From assembly GCA_963761305.1 (NCBI GenBank), contig CAVXGK010000001.1:1440001-1504000 (forward strand): 64,000 bases of DNA, read 5' to 3'. This DNA comes from an uncultured Gemmatimonadaceae bacterium. Its GTDB lineage: Bacteria > Gemmatimonadota > Gemmatimonadetes > Gemmatimonadales > Gemmatimonadaceae. The position numbers and the translations under genes are program-made. This document shows positions 18,487 to 28,580 of this stretch, piece after piece. Positions within the stretch are counted from its first letter, which is position 1, and every line of letters starts with the position of its first letter. The notes beneath the pieces are model-generated. The model was given only the letters and a program-made list of their open reading frames with translations, had not been told where the DNA came from and ran no database searches.

Positions 18487-21246
18487 TCACGACTCCCTCA
18501 GTGCCACGATCGGCGCAACTCGCGCCGCGCGGTACGCGGGCACCAGCGTCGCCGCGACGGCACTGGCGACCAGAACCCCGATTGCAACCGCGATCGACAA
18601 CGGATCGGCGGTGCCGACGCCGTGCAGCTGCGCTCTCAAAAGCCGCGTGAGTGCCATGGCGAGCGGTAGGCCGACGACGAGGCCCACGAGCACCAGCGTC
18701 ATCGCGTCGGTCAGCACGAGACGCACGACGTCCTGACGCTGTGCGCCCAGCGCCGCGCGCAGCCCGATCTCTCCCGTGCGTCGCGCGACGGAATAGCTCA
18801 TCACGCCGTACAGTCCGATCCCCGCCAGCGCGAGCGCCAGGATCCCGAACGCCGTCGCCAGGCGCGCGAGCAGAATCTCCTCGCGGATGTAGTCGCGGAT
18901 CAGCGTCGGCAGCGGATCGATCCCGTCGATCGGCAGCGAGGGATCGACGGCAACGATCGTCTTGCGAATTTGCTCGACGAGCGCGCCCGGCTCGCCGAGC
19001 GTACGCACCTCGAGCCGCAGTGCTCCGACCGTGCCGAGCTGGTTCGAGCTGGTGTCGGTGTGGACGTACGGGAAATACATCCGTCGATCCGGCTTTGCGG
19101 TGAGCCCGTGGTCCCTCACGTCCGCGATCACGCCGACGATCTGCACGGCGATCGAGTCGTTGAAGTGAATGAACTTGCCGATCGCATTTTCGCGCGGAAA
19201 ATAAGACTCGGCGAAGCTTCGATTCACGATTGCCGTGCGCGCCGGCTTGTTTTCGTCGCTCGCCACGAGATCGCGGCCGGCGATGACGCGTCCGCCGATC
19301 GCAGCCGCGTAGTTGGGTCCGACGTTGTCATACGCGACGGTCGTGTCATCCGAGGAACCCGCCGAGAACCCGGGCACCTCGATCGACATGTGCGAGTCGG
19401 TGCCGGAAAAGAGGCCGTTCTCCGAGTAGCTGACGCCGGCCACGCCGGGAATCGCCGCCACCTTGTCGCGCAGCGTATGAACCAGCTCGGCGAGCGGCGT
19501 GCCGACATAGCCGTGCGTGAGGATGTCGACGTCCGCGATCACGAGGTGGTCGCGATCGAGCCCGAGGTCGGTGTCCTGCAGGTTGCGGAGGCTGCGCACG
19601 AGAATCGCCGCGCCGACGAGCAGCACGACCGAGAGCGCGACCTGCCCGGAGATGAGCAGGCTGGCCAACGGACGCCGGCGCGCGCCTCGCCCGAGCGACC
19701 CGCTGGCACCGGGCTGCGCGCCGGATCGCATTGTCGCCGCGAGATCCACGCGCGAGGCGTGCAGCGCCGGCGCGAGACCGAATACGCCGACGGCGAGCAC
19801 CGACACGGCCAGCGTGAACGCCAGAATCGTCGGGCTCCAGCCGCTGCCGGCACGCGCGGCGGCGCCGCCCGCGGCGAGCGTGATGAGCCACCGGCTGGCG
19901 ACCCGCGCGAAGACCAATCCGGCGGCGGCGCTGAGGACCGCGAGTACGCCGGCTTCGGTGAGCAGTTGCCGCAGAAGCCGGGCACGGTTCGCGCCGAGCG
20001 CGAGACGCACCGACATCTCGCGGCCGCGCGCGATCGCGCGCGCGAACAGGAGATTGGCGACGTTCGCGCAGATGATGCAGAGCAGCAGCGCGACGCCGAT
20101 CATCAGTGTGAAGAGCGGCGCCTCGAACGTGGCGCGCACGCGCGAGAAACCCTTCGCGCCCGACGAGACCCACGTTTGCTGGTTGCTTTGGCGGAACTCC
20201 GACGCGGCCCTCGGACCGGCGTTGGCCACGATGCTGCGCGCGATGAGTGGTCCGATTTCGGCCGCGGCCTGGCCGAGCGTCGCGCCGGGCTTGAGTCGTC
20301 CGAGCAACAAGAGCCAGCTCTGCCCGCGATCGCGCAGCGCCGTCTCGTGCGGTTTCATGAGATCGTGCGCCCCCAGCGGGATCCACACGTCCGGATGCTG
20401 TTCGACGATGTCGCCGTTGAACGACGGCGGCGCGACGCCGACGATCGTGCAGCGTACGTCGTCGATCGTGATCGACTGCCCGATCGCCGAACGGTCTTCG
20501 CGAAATCGCCGGGTCCAATAGCCGTAGCTGATCGTCACCGGCACTCCGCCACCGGTCGACGAGTCGGCGCTCGCGTCGAACGCGTGACCCGCGACGGCGC
20601 GCACGCCGAGAAGCGAGAAGTAATTGCCGGAAACGAATCGGCCGCTCGGATGCTCCAGCCCCGCGACGGTGGCGCCGATGCGTGCGTCGAGGCGATCGGT
20701 CCGGCCGGATGCGAGGACGCCGGTGAATACGTCGTTCTGGTCGCGGAGGTCGCGGTACAGCGGCACCGACAGCAAATCCGTGCGCGGTGAGCCGCCCGAG
20801 TGCGAGTTCACGCGCGTCGGATCGCCGATGGCGACGAGCTGCTCGGGATGCGACACGGGCAGGCCGCGCACGAACACGGCGTCGATCATCGAGAAGATCG
20901 CGGTGTTGGCGCCGATGCCGACCGCCAGCGCGCCGACGACGAGCGTTGCGAAGCCGGCGTTTCGCCGCAGCGTGCGGAGAGTGAACGCGAGGTCCTGCAG
21001 GACCTCGCTCATATAGTTCGCCCGTCGCATCGAGAGCTCCCGCTGTTCGTCCATGGTGACGCACGACGTTCGCACTGACTCCAAGTCGCCGAATTGGCGC
21101 TCGGCTTCTCGCCGCGCCGCGTCGAGCGGCAGGCCGTTCGCGACGAGCTGCCGAACGCGCGTCTCGAGGTGAAACGCGAGCTCGTCGTCCACCTCGCGCG
21201 CGAGGCGCGCGCGAGTCGCGGGCAGGCGAAACACGCGGCGCATCAT
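18487..21246 (-). CDS. Duplicated orphan ABC permease (ADOP, MacB/FtsX domains)
   Basis: Prefix EVDDELAFHLE...RQFGD; GIGANTAIFS; CANVANLL...REMSVRLALGA; second FtsX domain GLYGVMSYSVARRTGEIGLRAALGA. Confidence 0.92.
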   Translation of the reverse strand: MMRRVFRLPATRARLAREVDDELAFHLETRVRQLVANGLPLDAARREAERQFGDLESVRTSCVTMDEQRELSMRRANYMSEVLQDLAFTLRTLRRNAGFATLVVGALAVGIGANTAIFSMIDAVFVRGLPVSHPEQLVAIGDPTRVNSHSGGSPRTDLLSVPLYRDLRDQNDVFTGVLASGRTDRLDARIGATVAGLEHPSGRFVSGNYFSLLGVRAVAGHAFDASADSSTGGGVPVTISYGYWTRRFREDRSAIGQSITIDDVRCTIVGVAPPSFNGDIVEQHPDVWIPLGAHDLMKPHETALRDRGQSWLLLLGRLKPGATLGQAAAEIGPLIARSIVANAGPRAASEFRQSNQQTWVSSGAKGFSRVRATFEAPLFTLMIGVALLLCIICANVANLLFARAIARGREMSVRLALGANRARLLRQLLTEAGVLAVLSAAAGLVFARVASRWLITLAAGGAAARAGSGWSPTILAFTLAVSVLAVGVFGLAPALHASRVDLAATMRSGAQPGASGSLGRGARRRPLASLLISGQVALSVVLLVGAAILVRSLRNLQDTDLGLDRDHLVIADVDILTHGYVGTPLAELVHTLRDKVAAIPGVAGVSYSENGLFSGTDSHMSIEVPGFSAGSSDDTTVAYDNVGPNYAAAIGGRVIAGRDLVASDENKPARTAIVNRSFAESYFPRENAIGKFIHFNDSIAVQIVGVIADVRDHGLTAKPDRRMYFPYVHTDTSSNQLGTVGALRLEVRTLGEPGALVEQIRKTIVAVDPSLPIDGIDPLPTLIRDYIREEILLARLATAFGILALALAGIGLYGVMSYSVARRTGEIGLRAALGAQRQDVVRLVLTDAMTLVLVGLVVGLPLAMALTRLLRAQLHGVGTADPLSIAVAIGVLVASAVAATLVPAYRAARVAPIVALRES

Positions 21247-21247
21247 G

Positions 21248-21595
21248 TCACGCCGTCTCCGGCGACACGGCCGCCACGGCGCGGCCGACGGCGCGGGCGT
21301 AGCGCTCCCACGACGTCACCTGCGCGCGCAACTGCGCGCGTCCGGTCCGCGTGAGCTGGTAGTACTTCGCGCGGCGGTTGTTGTCGGAGTAGCCCCAATC
21401 GCCGGTGAGCCAGCCGTTCTTCTCGAGGCGGTGGAGCGCGGTATACAACGGTCCTTCTTCGACCAGCAGCTCGCCCTCCGTGACCGTCTTGACCCACTCG
21501 GCCACCGCGTAGCCGTGCCGCGGTCCCCACATCAGGGCTTTCAGAACGAGCAGGTCGAGCGTCCCGCGAAGAAGTCCGCCTTCCGAATCGAGCAT
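21248..21595 (-). CDS. PadR-family regulator (ADOP-associated type)
   Basis: LLRGTLDLLVLKAL, HGYAV, EEGPLYTALHRLE, NNRRAKYYQLT; directly upstream of the permease. Confidence 0.92.
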   Translation of the reverse strand: MLDSEGGLLRGTLDLLVLKALMWGPRHGYAVAEWVKTVTEGELLVEEGPLYTALHRLEKNGWLTGDWGYSDNNRRAKYYQLTRTGRAQLRAQVTSWERYARAVGRAVAAVSPETA

Positions 21596-21757
21596 CGCGC
21601 AAACCCCTCTGTGTTAGAGGGGAACGTAGAATCGGGGCCGATCGCACGCAAGCGTTAGACGTCAGACGGCTTTCGCACGGGACGAGATACCATGATCGAA
21701 TTTGCAACGGAGCAATTCCTGTCCACCGGTCCACGGGTCCACGCGGCACCGCCTGCG

Positions 21758-22648
21758 TCACTGCGGAAGCAGGCGAATCGCGCCTTTGAACGTTCGCACG
21801 GTCATGTGCGCGTCGCCGGCGCCCAATCGCACGGTCAACGAATGCGCGTCGCTCGACGCGGGGCGCACCTGCGAGAACCCGTTCGCGATCGCGCCCATCA
21901 CCGTCAACAGCTCGAGCCTGCTCGACGCCGTCCGCGGCAGCGCCAGATCGACAGTTCCGGCGTGATCAGAGAACTCGAACACGCTGCCGGGCGCCGGCGT
22001 TGCGGCGTAGCGAATGTCGCCGGTCACGGAGCCGAACACGCCGCGGAGGATCGACGATGCCGCGACATCCAGCGGGCCTCCGACGGTCGATGCGTCCACG
22101 TCCTGCGGCGATCCGCGCACCACCATGCGTCCGCGGCCGGTGCGCGCCTTGACCAGCATCGACGTCACGTTCAAGTCCACGTCGCCGCGAATCGACTCCG
22201 CGTCCACGTGCTCGGCATCCCCCGACAGGCGAATCGCGCCCGACACGGTATAGAACCAACCGCCGATGCCCTCGGCGGCGATCGACGCATCGACGGCTTT
22301 CACCGCGAGCTCGGCGCGTCGTGGAACGTTGATGACCAGCTCCGACGGTTGTTCCGGCGAATCGATGTTTCGCGGTTCGACGCCGAGCTTGTATGACGAG
22401 TCGCCCTTCCCGCCGAGCAAAAAAAACTTGCCGGTTGCAGCGATGCGTCCGCGGACGACGATCGAGTCGCGGTCCCACGCAACGATGCGAACGGAGCCGC
22501 TGGTGACGTACATCTTGATGCCGACGTCGGACGTCGCTTTGCGAGCGCCGAGCACCTTGAGCCCGGGCGTCGTCCCCTGTGCGGTCAATCGTGTCGGCGC
22601 CGTCGGAATCCCGGCCCAGAGGAGCGCGATGAGAATTCGATGGCTCAT
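21758..22648 (-). CDS. DUF4097-like beta-strand-repeat exported protein
   Basis: Signal peptide; repeated TVSGAI, SIRGDV, SVTGDI, TFKGAI units. Confidence 0.75.
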   Translation of the reverse strand: MSHRILIALLWAGIPTAPTRLTAQGTTPGLKVLGARKATSDVGIKMYVTSGSVRIVAWDRDSIVVRGRIAATGKFFLLGGKGDSSYKLGVEPRNIDSPEQPSELVINVPRRAELAVKAVDASIAAEGIGGWFYTVSGAIRLSGDAEHVDAESIRGDVDLNVTSMLVKARTGRGRMVVRGSPQDVDASTVGGPLDVAASSILRGVFGSVTGDIRYAATPAPGSVFEFSDHAGTVDLALPRTASSRLELLTVMGAIANGFSQVRPASSDAHSLTVRLGAGDAHMTVRTFKGAIRLLPQ

Positions 22649-22650
22649 CG

Positions 22651-23352
22651 TCAGCTCGCGTTGCTGATCTTTTTCAGCACGTCGACCTTCTCACGATAAG
22701 ACGAAGCGAGCATCGCACGCAGCGCGGGATTCTTCGGGTCGTGCGCGATCGCCGCCTGCAATTCGGCGATCGCGAGATCGACCGTCTTCAAGTCCTCGTC
22801 GATCGACGCCTGCGTTTCCGGCGCCAACCGTGCGCGCTCCAGCTTGAGCTCGTCGAGCAATTGATCGGCTTCCACCTGATAGCTCTTGATCGAATCGTCG
22901 GCGAAGCGCAACACGCTGTCGGCGCTCGTCGAGCTCACGGCGGCCGGTGCGACCGTGCGCACGATCGGCGGGACGATTTGAATCACGGTGATCGCCGTGA
23001 CGGCGGCGACGGATGCGGCGACGCCGAGCACCCACGGATCGACGCGCAATCGCCACGACGAGACTACGGTCGACCCGTGCTCCAGCGCCACGACCTTGTT
23101 GCCGTCGATCTGCCGCCGAATGCCGGGCCACAGATCGTTCAGCTCCGGCGCGAACGTCACGGACGCGGCGCGCGATTCATCAATGCGTTTCATGAGAGCC
23201 GTCAGTCGAGCTACGTCGGCGGCGCAGGCGGGGCACGCGGCGAGGTGCCCGCTCACGCGCGCGCGGTCGGCGTCGTCGAGCGTGCCGTCGGCCGTGCGTT
23301 GGCGCTCGTCCTCGGACAGGTGAACGTTCGGGGGAGGAGAAAGGTGCGTCAT
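22651..23352 (-). CDS. Zinc-finger (zf-HC2) anti-sigma factor
   Basis: HLS...HLAACPAC motif and a single TM; follows the ECF sigma gene. Confidence 0.85.
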   Translation of the reverse strand: MTHLSPPPNVHLSEDERQRTADGTLDDADRARVSGHLAACPACAADVARLTALMKRIDESRAASVTFAPELNDLWPGIRRQIDGNKVVALEHGSTVVSSWRLRVDPWVLGVAASVAAVTAITVIQIVPPIVRTVAPAAVSSTSADSVLRFADDSIKSYQVEADQLLDELKLERARLAPETQASIDEDLKTVDLAIAELQAAIAHDPKNPALRAMLASSYREKVDVLKKISNAS

Positions 23353-23906
23353 GGGGAGAGAGCCGAGAGCAAGGCGCGCCGCGCGCGCCAGAGTTGAGCG
23401 CGCGCGGTCCCTGCGGCGATGCCGGTCAATTCGGCGATTTCCTCGTGCGAGTAGCCGCAGATGTCGTGGAGCACGAGTACGGTGCGCGCGCCCGTCGGGA
23501 GGCGTGCGATCGCCGCCTCGAGATCGATCCGGTCGTCGGCGCCGAGGGCGGACCCGGCCAGCCGCGGCGCGGGCAGGTCGTCGGTCAGCGGAGCGAAATC
23601 GCGCCGCCGATCGGTGCGGAATCGGTTGAGCACGACATTGACCGCAAGTCGATGCAGCCAGGTGCCGATGCCGCTCTCACCGCGGAACGACGGCAGCCGC
23701 TCCCACGCGCGGACGAACGCGTCCTGCACCAGCTCTCTCGCCTCGCCCTCGTCGCGCGTCATGCGGCGGCAGAGGAGATGGATCGCGGGGGAATGCGCGC
23801 GATACAGCGACTCGAAGGCCGCCACGTCGCCGGCCTGCGCGCGTCGAACGACGTCGTCGACGACGGCGTCGTTCGAACGCATGACGGCATTGGTCGAGTC
23901 GACCAT
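23349..23906 (-). CDS. ECF RNA polymerase sigma factor
   Basis: GDVAAFESLY, ELVQDAFVRAW, WLHRLAVN, LPTGARTVLVLHD, GYSHEEIAE, QLWRAR. Confidence 0.92.
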   Translation of the reverse strand: MVDSTNAVMRSNDAVVDDVVRRAQAGDVAAFESLYRAHSPAIHLLCRRMTRDEGEARELVQDAFVRAWERLPSFRGESGIGTWLHRLAVNVVLNRFRTDRRRDFAPLTDDLPAPRLAGSALGADDRIDLEAAIARLPTGARTVLVLHDICGYSHEEIAELTGIAAGTARAQLWRARRALLSALSP

Positions 23907-23937
23907 CAGCCGGCGAGTGGCTGCCGCGCGGCGCACG

Positions 23938-24444
23938 TCAACGCTTCGCCAAGTCGGTGAGCGTGGAATCGACTTCGCGTTGCGAAACCGATCGTGGCAC
24001 GACACCGCCCGAGGTGCGCTCGGTGGGAATGCGGACCGAGCCGACGTTGCCGTCGCGATCGAGCGCGATCAGCGCCGTCGTGCTGAGCAAAGACACGCGC
24101 ACGACCCACGCGCCCTCGGTTGGCCACGAACGTCGCACCGAGAACACGCCAGGGCGCGTCGTAGCGGTCAGTTCGAGCGGCACGGTGCGGCGTGCGCCGT
24201 TCACGAGACCCTCGGCCGAGGCCGTGACGTCGGCCAAGTTAGGAACACCCTCGCGCGACATCGTGTGGATGTAAAACGCCACACCACGCGATGCCGGGTC
24301 CCAGGGGTTCACCGGTGATTCGATGGAGAGCCACGGTGGCCACTTGACGATTCGCGCCGACGAGAGCGTCGATCGGCTGGGTGTGGCCGCGATGAGCGAC
24401 AGCGCCACCGCGCCGACCAATGGAACGAGTGCACGACGAAGCAT
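23938..24444 (-). CDS. Hypothetical secreted protein upstream of ECF sigma
   Basis: GGAGG RBS; signal peptide MLRRALVPLVGAVALSLIAA; PPWLSIESPVNP motif. Confidence 0.7.
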   Translation of the reverse strand: MLRRALVPLVGAVALSLIAATPSRSTLSSARIVKWPPWLSIESPVNPWDPASRGVAFYIHTMSREGVPNLADVTASAEGLVNGARRTVPLELTATTRPGVFSVRRSWPTEGAWVVRVSLLSTTALIALDRDGNVGSVRIPTERTSGGVVPRSVSQREVDSTLTDLAKR

Positions 24445-24556
24445 GGAACCTCCGTTCGGTTGGGGCCAGAAGCCTTCAACCGATTGGATGCCCGGATGCC
24501 TCAATGTGCTTACGCGTGGCTGAACCGGTGGACCGGCGGGCCGGTCAACGACGCGG

Positions 24557-24766
24557 CTACTCGGGGGGCGGGTCGTCGACCGAGGTGGATTCGCTGAAGC
24601 CGCCCTCACACTCGAGTTCGTCGAGTTCGTCGAGTTCGTCGAGTTCGTCGAGCAATTCGAAGCAGTCGTCGTCATCGAGGTCGTCCAGGTCGTCGAGCTG
24701 ACGCTCGAAATCAGTTTCGATGCTCTCGGTCGCGGCGTGTGCCGGCGTGTGGTTGGAATTGGCCAT
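24557..24766 (-). CDS. Small, very acidic hypothetical protein
   Basis: MANSNHTPAH...LDDLDDLDDDDCFELLDELDELDELDELECE; contains a 9-bp tandem repeat. Confidence 0.4.
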   Translation of the reverse strand: MANSNHTPAHAATESIETDFERQLDDLDDLDDDDCFELLDELDELDELDELECEGGFSESTSVDDPPPE

Positions 24767-24999
24767 GTGTCGGGATCCGGTTCGGGTGGACCACATGATC
24801 GGGTCTCCCGGCCGAAGCCGCGGCACCATGGCGTTGCGGGTCACCCCATTTCATTTCACGTCGCCGCCGGGTGCGCACCGGCGGCGCGGCGCGTAGCTTG
24901 GAGCCGTTGCTCGGACGTGCCGTTCGTTTCGACCCAACCGCGTGCGTCGTCGTACCACGCGGCGCTCCACCCGCGCCGCCTTCACCTGAGATCGCTGAT

Positions 25000-26760
25000 A
25001 TGAGAATGCACAGGTCCGCCCCCTCGCTGACCGCCGTTCGTCTGGCCGCGGCCGGCCTCGCGCTGCTGTCGCTGCCCGCCCTCGCCCAGACGGATCCCCG
25101 CGTCGGGCTGCACGCCGGCTGGTGGGACGCCGGGCAAGCCGCACGCGGTATGGAGCTCATCGGCAGCGGCAGGAAGGCCGAGGGCTTCTACAATCCCGCG
25201 AATCCGGGCGACTTCGGTTTCCTGAACGGCGACCTCGCGTTCAAGGGGAACATCATCGTCCAGGGCGGATTCCACGGCTTTCAGGTCTGGGACGTCGCCG
25301 ACCCGCACAATCCGAAGCTGCGGAGCACGTTCGTCTGCCCCGGCGGCCAGGGCGACCCGACGCTCTATGGAAACCTGCTCTTTTTCTCGGTCGAAGAAAC
25401 GCGCGGACGTCTCGACTGCGGCGGACAGGGCGTGCAGGACACGGTGAGCAAGGAGCGCTTCCGCGGCGTACGCATCTTCGACGTCACCGACATCGATCAT
25501 CCCAAGCAAGTCGCTGCCGTGCAGACCTGCCGCGGCTCGCACACGCACACGCTCGTTGTCGACCCGAAGGACTCGAAGAACGTCTACCTCTACGTCTCCG
25601 GAACCGCCGGCGTCCGCTCGCCCAACGAGCTCACCGGTTGCTCGGGACGTCCGCCGGAACAGGACAAGAACACGTCGCTGTTCCGCATCGACGTGATCCA
25701 GGTGCCACTCGACCATCCGCAGGACGCCAAAGTCGTGAGCAATCCGCGCATCTTCGCCGACGCGGCGGGCAACGTGGAAGGTCTGTGGAAGGGCGGCTCG
25801 CACGGCGAAGGCACGCAGGCCACGAACGTCACGGACCAGTGCCACGACATCACCGTCTACTCGGCGATCGGCATGGCGGCGGGCGCGTGCTCGGGCAACG
25901 GCCTGCTGCTCGACATTCGCGACCCGGTGCATCCGAAGCGTCTCGACGCGGTGTCCGATCCGAACTTTGCGTACTGGCACTCGGCGACGTTCAGCAACGA
26001 CGGCTCGAAGGTGTTGTTCAGCGACGAGTGGGGCGGCGGCACGCAGCCCAAGTGCCGCGCGACCGACAATCCGAAGTGGGGCGCCGACGCGATCTTCACC
26101 ATCGATCACGGCAAGATGACGCAGCGCGGCTACTTCAAGATGCCGGCGCCGCAGACGGACCAGGAGAACTGCGTCGCGCACAACGGCTCACTCATCCCCG
26201 TGCCCGGCCGCGACATCCTCGTGCAGGGTTGGTATCAGGGCGGCGTGTCGGTGTTCGACTTCACCGATCCGTCGAATCCGAAGGAGATCGCGTTCTTCGA
26301 CCGCGGCCCGATGGATTCGACCAAGCTCTACCTGAGCGGCTTCTGGGCCGGCTACTGGTACAACGGCTTGATCTACGGATCGGAGATCGGCCGAGGACTC
26401 GACGTCTTCGAGCTCAAGCCGACCGACAATCTGTCGCAGAACGAGATCGACGCCGCCAAGCTGATTCACGTCGACTTGCTCAACGTCCAGAACCAACAGC
26501 GCTACACGTTCCCGGCAAGCTTCTCGGTGCCGCGCGCGTATCTCGACCAGCTGGCGCGCAACAACGGGCTCGCCGCCGATCGCATCACCGCCGCGCGCGA
26601 TGCGCTCGACAAGGCGCAGTCGGCGACCGGCGGCGCGCAACGCACCGCGCTCGCCCAACTCGCGTCGAAGCTCGATGTCGACGCACAGTCCGCGAAGGAC
26701 GCGGCAAAGGTGCGCATGCTCGCCCGGTCGGTGCGCGAGTTGGCGAACGCGAAGCACTAG
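25000..26760 (+). CDS. LVIVD-repeat secreted protein
   Basis: Signal peptide; GVRIFDVTD, CRGSHTHT, CHDITV, YWHSATF, DEWGGG, NCVAHNG motifs. Confidence 0.85.
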   Translation: MRMHRSAPSLTAVRLAAAGLALLSLPALAQTDPRVGLHAGWWDAGQAARGMELIGSGRKAEGFYNPANPGDFGFLNGDLAFKGNIIVQGGFHGFQVWDVADPHNPKLRSTFVCPGGQGDPTLYGNLLFFSVEETRGRLDCGGQGVQDTVSKERFRGVRIFDVTDIDHPKQVAAVQTCRGSHTHTLVVDPKDSKNVYLYVSGTAGVRSPNELTGCSGRPPEQDKNTSLFRIDVIQVPLDHPQDAKVVSNPRIFADAAGNVEGLWKGGSHGEGTQATNVTDQCHDITVYSAIGMAAGACSGNGLLLDIRDPVHPKRLDAVSDPNFAYWHSATFSNDGSKVLFSDEWGGGTQPKCRATDNPKWGADAIFTIDHGKMTQRGYFKMPAPQTDQENCVAHNGSLIPVPGRDILVQGWYQGGVSVFDFTDPSNPKEIAFFDRGPMDSTKLYLSGFWAGYWYNGLIYGSEIGRGLDVFELKPTDNLSQNEIDAAKLIHVDLLNVQNQQRYTFPASFSVPRAYLDQLARNNGLAADRITAARDALDKAQSATGGAQRTALAQLASKLDVDAQSAKDAAKVRMLARSVRELANAKH

Positions 26761-26783
26761 TCGCACGACGAGCAACGGGGCTT

Positions 26784-26921
26784 CTCCGTTCGTGTCCGTT
26801 CGATCGGTCTGTGTCCGTGTCACAATTGTTATGGTTGGAGTTGGCGCGTAGGACTCGACCGCCAAGCAGGCATCAACGATTGAAACACTGACACAAGCGG
26901 ATTGAACGGAAAAAAACGGGG
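26784..26921. repeat. 47-bp imperfect inverted repeat (REP/MITE-like hairpin)
   Basis: 26784-26830 matches the reverse complement of 26875-26921 at 35/47 positions without gaps (counted by hand). Confidence 0.8.
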
Positions 26922-26931
26922 AAAGAACTCC

Positions 26932-27942
26932 ATGGTCGATCCGGTTCGGTGGGGGATATTGGGTACCGCCAATATCGCGGTCGCGAAGGTGATACCCGCG
27001 ATTCAGGCCACGGCGCATTCGCGCGTCGACGCGATCGCGTCGCGCGATGTCGCGAAGGCGCGCGCGGCCGCGGCGACGGCGGGAATTCCCCGGGCGTACG
27101 GGTCCTATGAGGAGCTGATCGCCGACCGCGAGATCGACGCGGTCTACATTCCGCTGCCGAATCATCTGCACGTGCCCTGGTCGATTCGTGCCGCCGACGC
27201 CGGCAAACACGTGTTGTGCGAGAAGCCGATCGCGATGTCGGCCGGCGAAGCGCTCGCGTTGCGCGATGCTCGCGACCGGAACGGCGTCGTGATCGGCGAG
27301 GCGTTCATGGTCCGCACCCATCCGCAATGGCTCGAGGTCAAGCGGCTGGTCGCCTCGGGCGTGATCGGCGATCTGCGGTTGGTGAGCGGACACTTCAGCT
27401 ACTTTCGCCGCGATCCGGCCGACATTCGAAGCCGCATGGAATTTGGCGGCGGTGCGCTGATGGACATCGGGTGCTACCCGATCACGCTCTCGCGCTGGCT
27501 GTTCGGCGACGAGCCGACGGAAGTGATCGGCCAGATCGAACGTGATCCGGAGATGCAGGTCGACCGGCTCGCGTCGGCGCTGCTGCGATTTCCGAGCGGC
27601 CAAGCCACGTTCGCCTGCGCGGGACAGCTCGTGCCCTATCAGAAACTGCTCATGTACGGCACGTCGGGGCGCATCGAAGTCGAGATTCCGTTCAACGCGC
27701 CGGCCGACCGGCGTTGCCGAGTGTTCGTCGACGACGGGAGCCAGCTCGGCGGACTCGCCGCGAGGCCGATCGAGTTCGACGCGGTCGACCAGTACACGCT
27801 GCAAGCCGACCGCTTCGTCGACGCGATTCGCGGTACAGGGGAGGTTCCGGTGTCGATCGACGACGCGATCGCCAACATGGCCGTCGTCGATGCGATCTTC
27901 CGGTCGGCGGAGACGCGAAGCTGGGAAGCGCCGCGAGCCTGA
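26932..27942 (+). CDS. Gfo/Idh/MocA-family oxidoreductase
   Basis: VRWGILGTANIA, DAVYIPLPNHLH, GKHVLCEKP, GGGALMDIGCY. Confidence 0.93.
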   Translation: MVDPVRWGILGTANIAVAKVIPAIQATAHSRVDAIASRDVAKARAAAATAGIPRAYGSYEELIADREIDAVYIPLPNHLHVPWSIRAADAGKHVLCEKPIAMSAGEALALRDARDRNGVVIGEAFMVRTHPQWLEVKRLVASGVIGDLRLVSGHFSYFRRDPADIRSRMEFGGGALMDIGCYPITLSRWLFGDEPTEVIGQIERDPEMQVDRLASALLRFPSGQATFACAGQLVPYQKLLMYGTSGRIEVEIPFNAPADRRCRVFVDDGSQLGGLAARPIEFDAVDQYTLQADRFVDAIRGTGEVPVSIDDAIANMAVVDAIFRSAETRSWEAPRA

Positions 27943-28022
27943 CTCGCGTGGCAGGGCTGCTCGCGCGAACGCGCGCGAAAGGCTAGAATCCCCGCGACGG
28001 TCCCACCCGGAGACAACAGCGC

Positions 28023-28580
28023 ATGTCTGAGTTTTCGCGCAGACAGTTCGTGGCCCTCGCCGGAACCGCGGCGGCCGGCGCATGGCTGGCCACGACGCGG
28101 AGCGAGTTTCTCGCCGCGGGGCTCCATGCCGCCCGCGCGTCTCGATTCGAGACGTTGAGCGACGCCGACGCGGCGGAGCTCGAAGCCGCCGCCGCGCAGA
28201 TCATCCCGACCGACGAAACGCCGGGCGCGCGCGAGGCTCGTGTCGTCTACTTCATCGACAAAGCCATCTCGACCTTCGCCAAGGACCAGAAGGAGGCCGT
28301 CGCGTCGGCGGCGAAAGAGCTGCGAACGCACGCCGCCAAGGTGCAGCGCGGGGCCAAGTCGTTTGCCGCGCTGTCGTCCGACAAGCAGATCGCGATTCTC
28401 ACCGCGATGGAGAAGGACAAGAAGAGCGGGTTCAGCGTACTGCGAGGCGCGACGATCGCCGGCATGCTGGCCAACCCCGAGTGGGGCGGCAACTACCAGA
28501 AGATGGGTTGGCGATGGATCGGCTTCGACGACCGCTTCTCGTGGGGCCCACCGTTCGGTTGGTACGATCAGAATGTCTGA
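28023..28580 (+). CDS. Gluconate 2-dehydrogenase subunit 3-family protein (TAT)
   Basis: SRRQFV TAT motif; IIPTDETPGAREARVVYFID; PEWGGN...GWRWIGF. Confidence 0.88.
   Translation: MSEFSRRQFVALAGTAAAGAWLATTRSEFLAAGLHAARASRFETLSDADAAELEAAAAQIIPTDETPGAREARVVYFIDKAISTFAKDQKEAVASAAKELRTHAAKVQRGAKSFAALSSDKQIAILTAMEKDKKSGFSVLRGATIAGMLANPEWGGNYQKMGWRWIGFDDRFSWGPPFGWYDQNV

Noticed and set aside
16435..21064. Long overlapping alternative-frame and antisense ORFs (e.g. 16435-18252, 18970-20790, 19346-21064, and similar ones throughout)
   Set aside because: Arg/Ala/Gly-rich shadow frames expected in high-GC DNA; each overlaps a gene with recognisable motifs.
26188..28083. 631-aa minus-strand ORF
   Set aside because: Antisense to the LVIVD and Gfo/Idh/MocA genes and crosses the hairpin element; no motifs.
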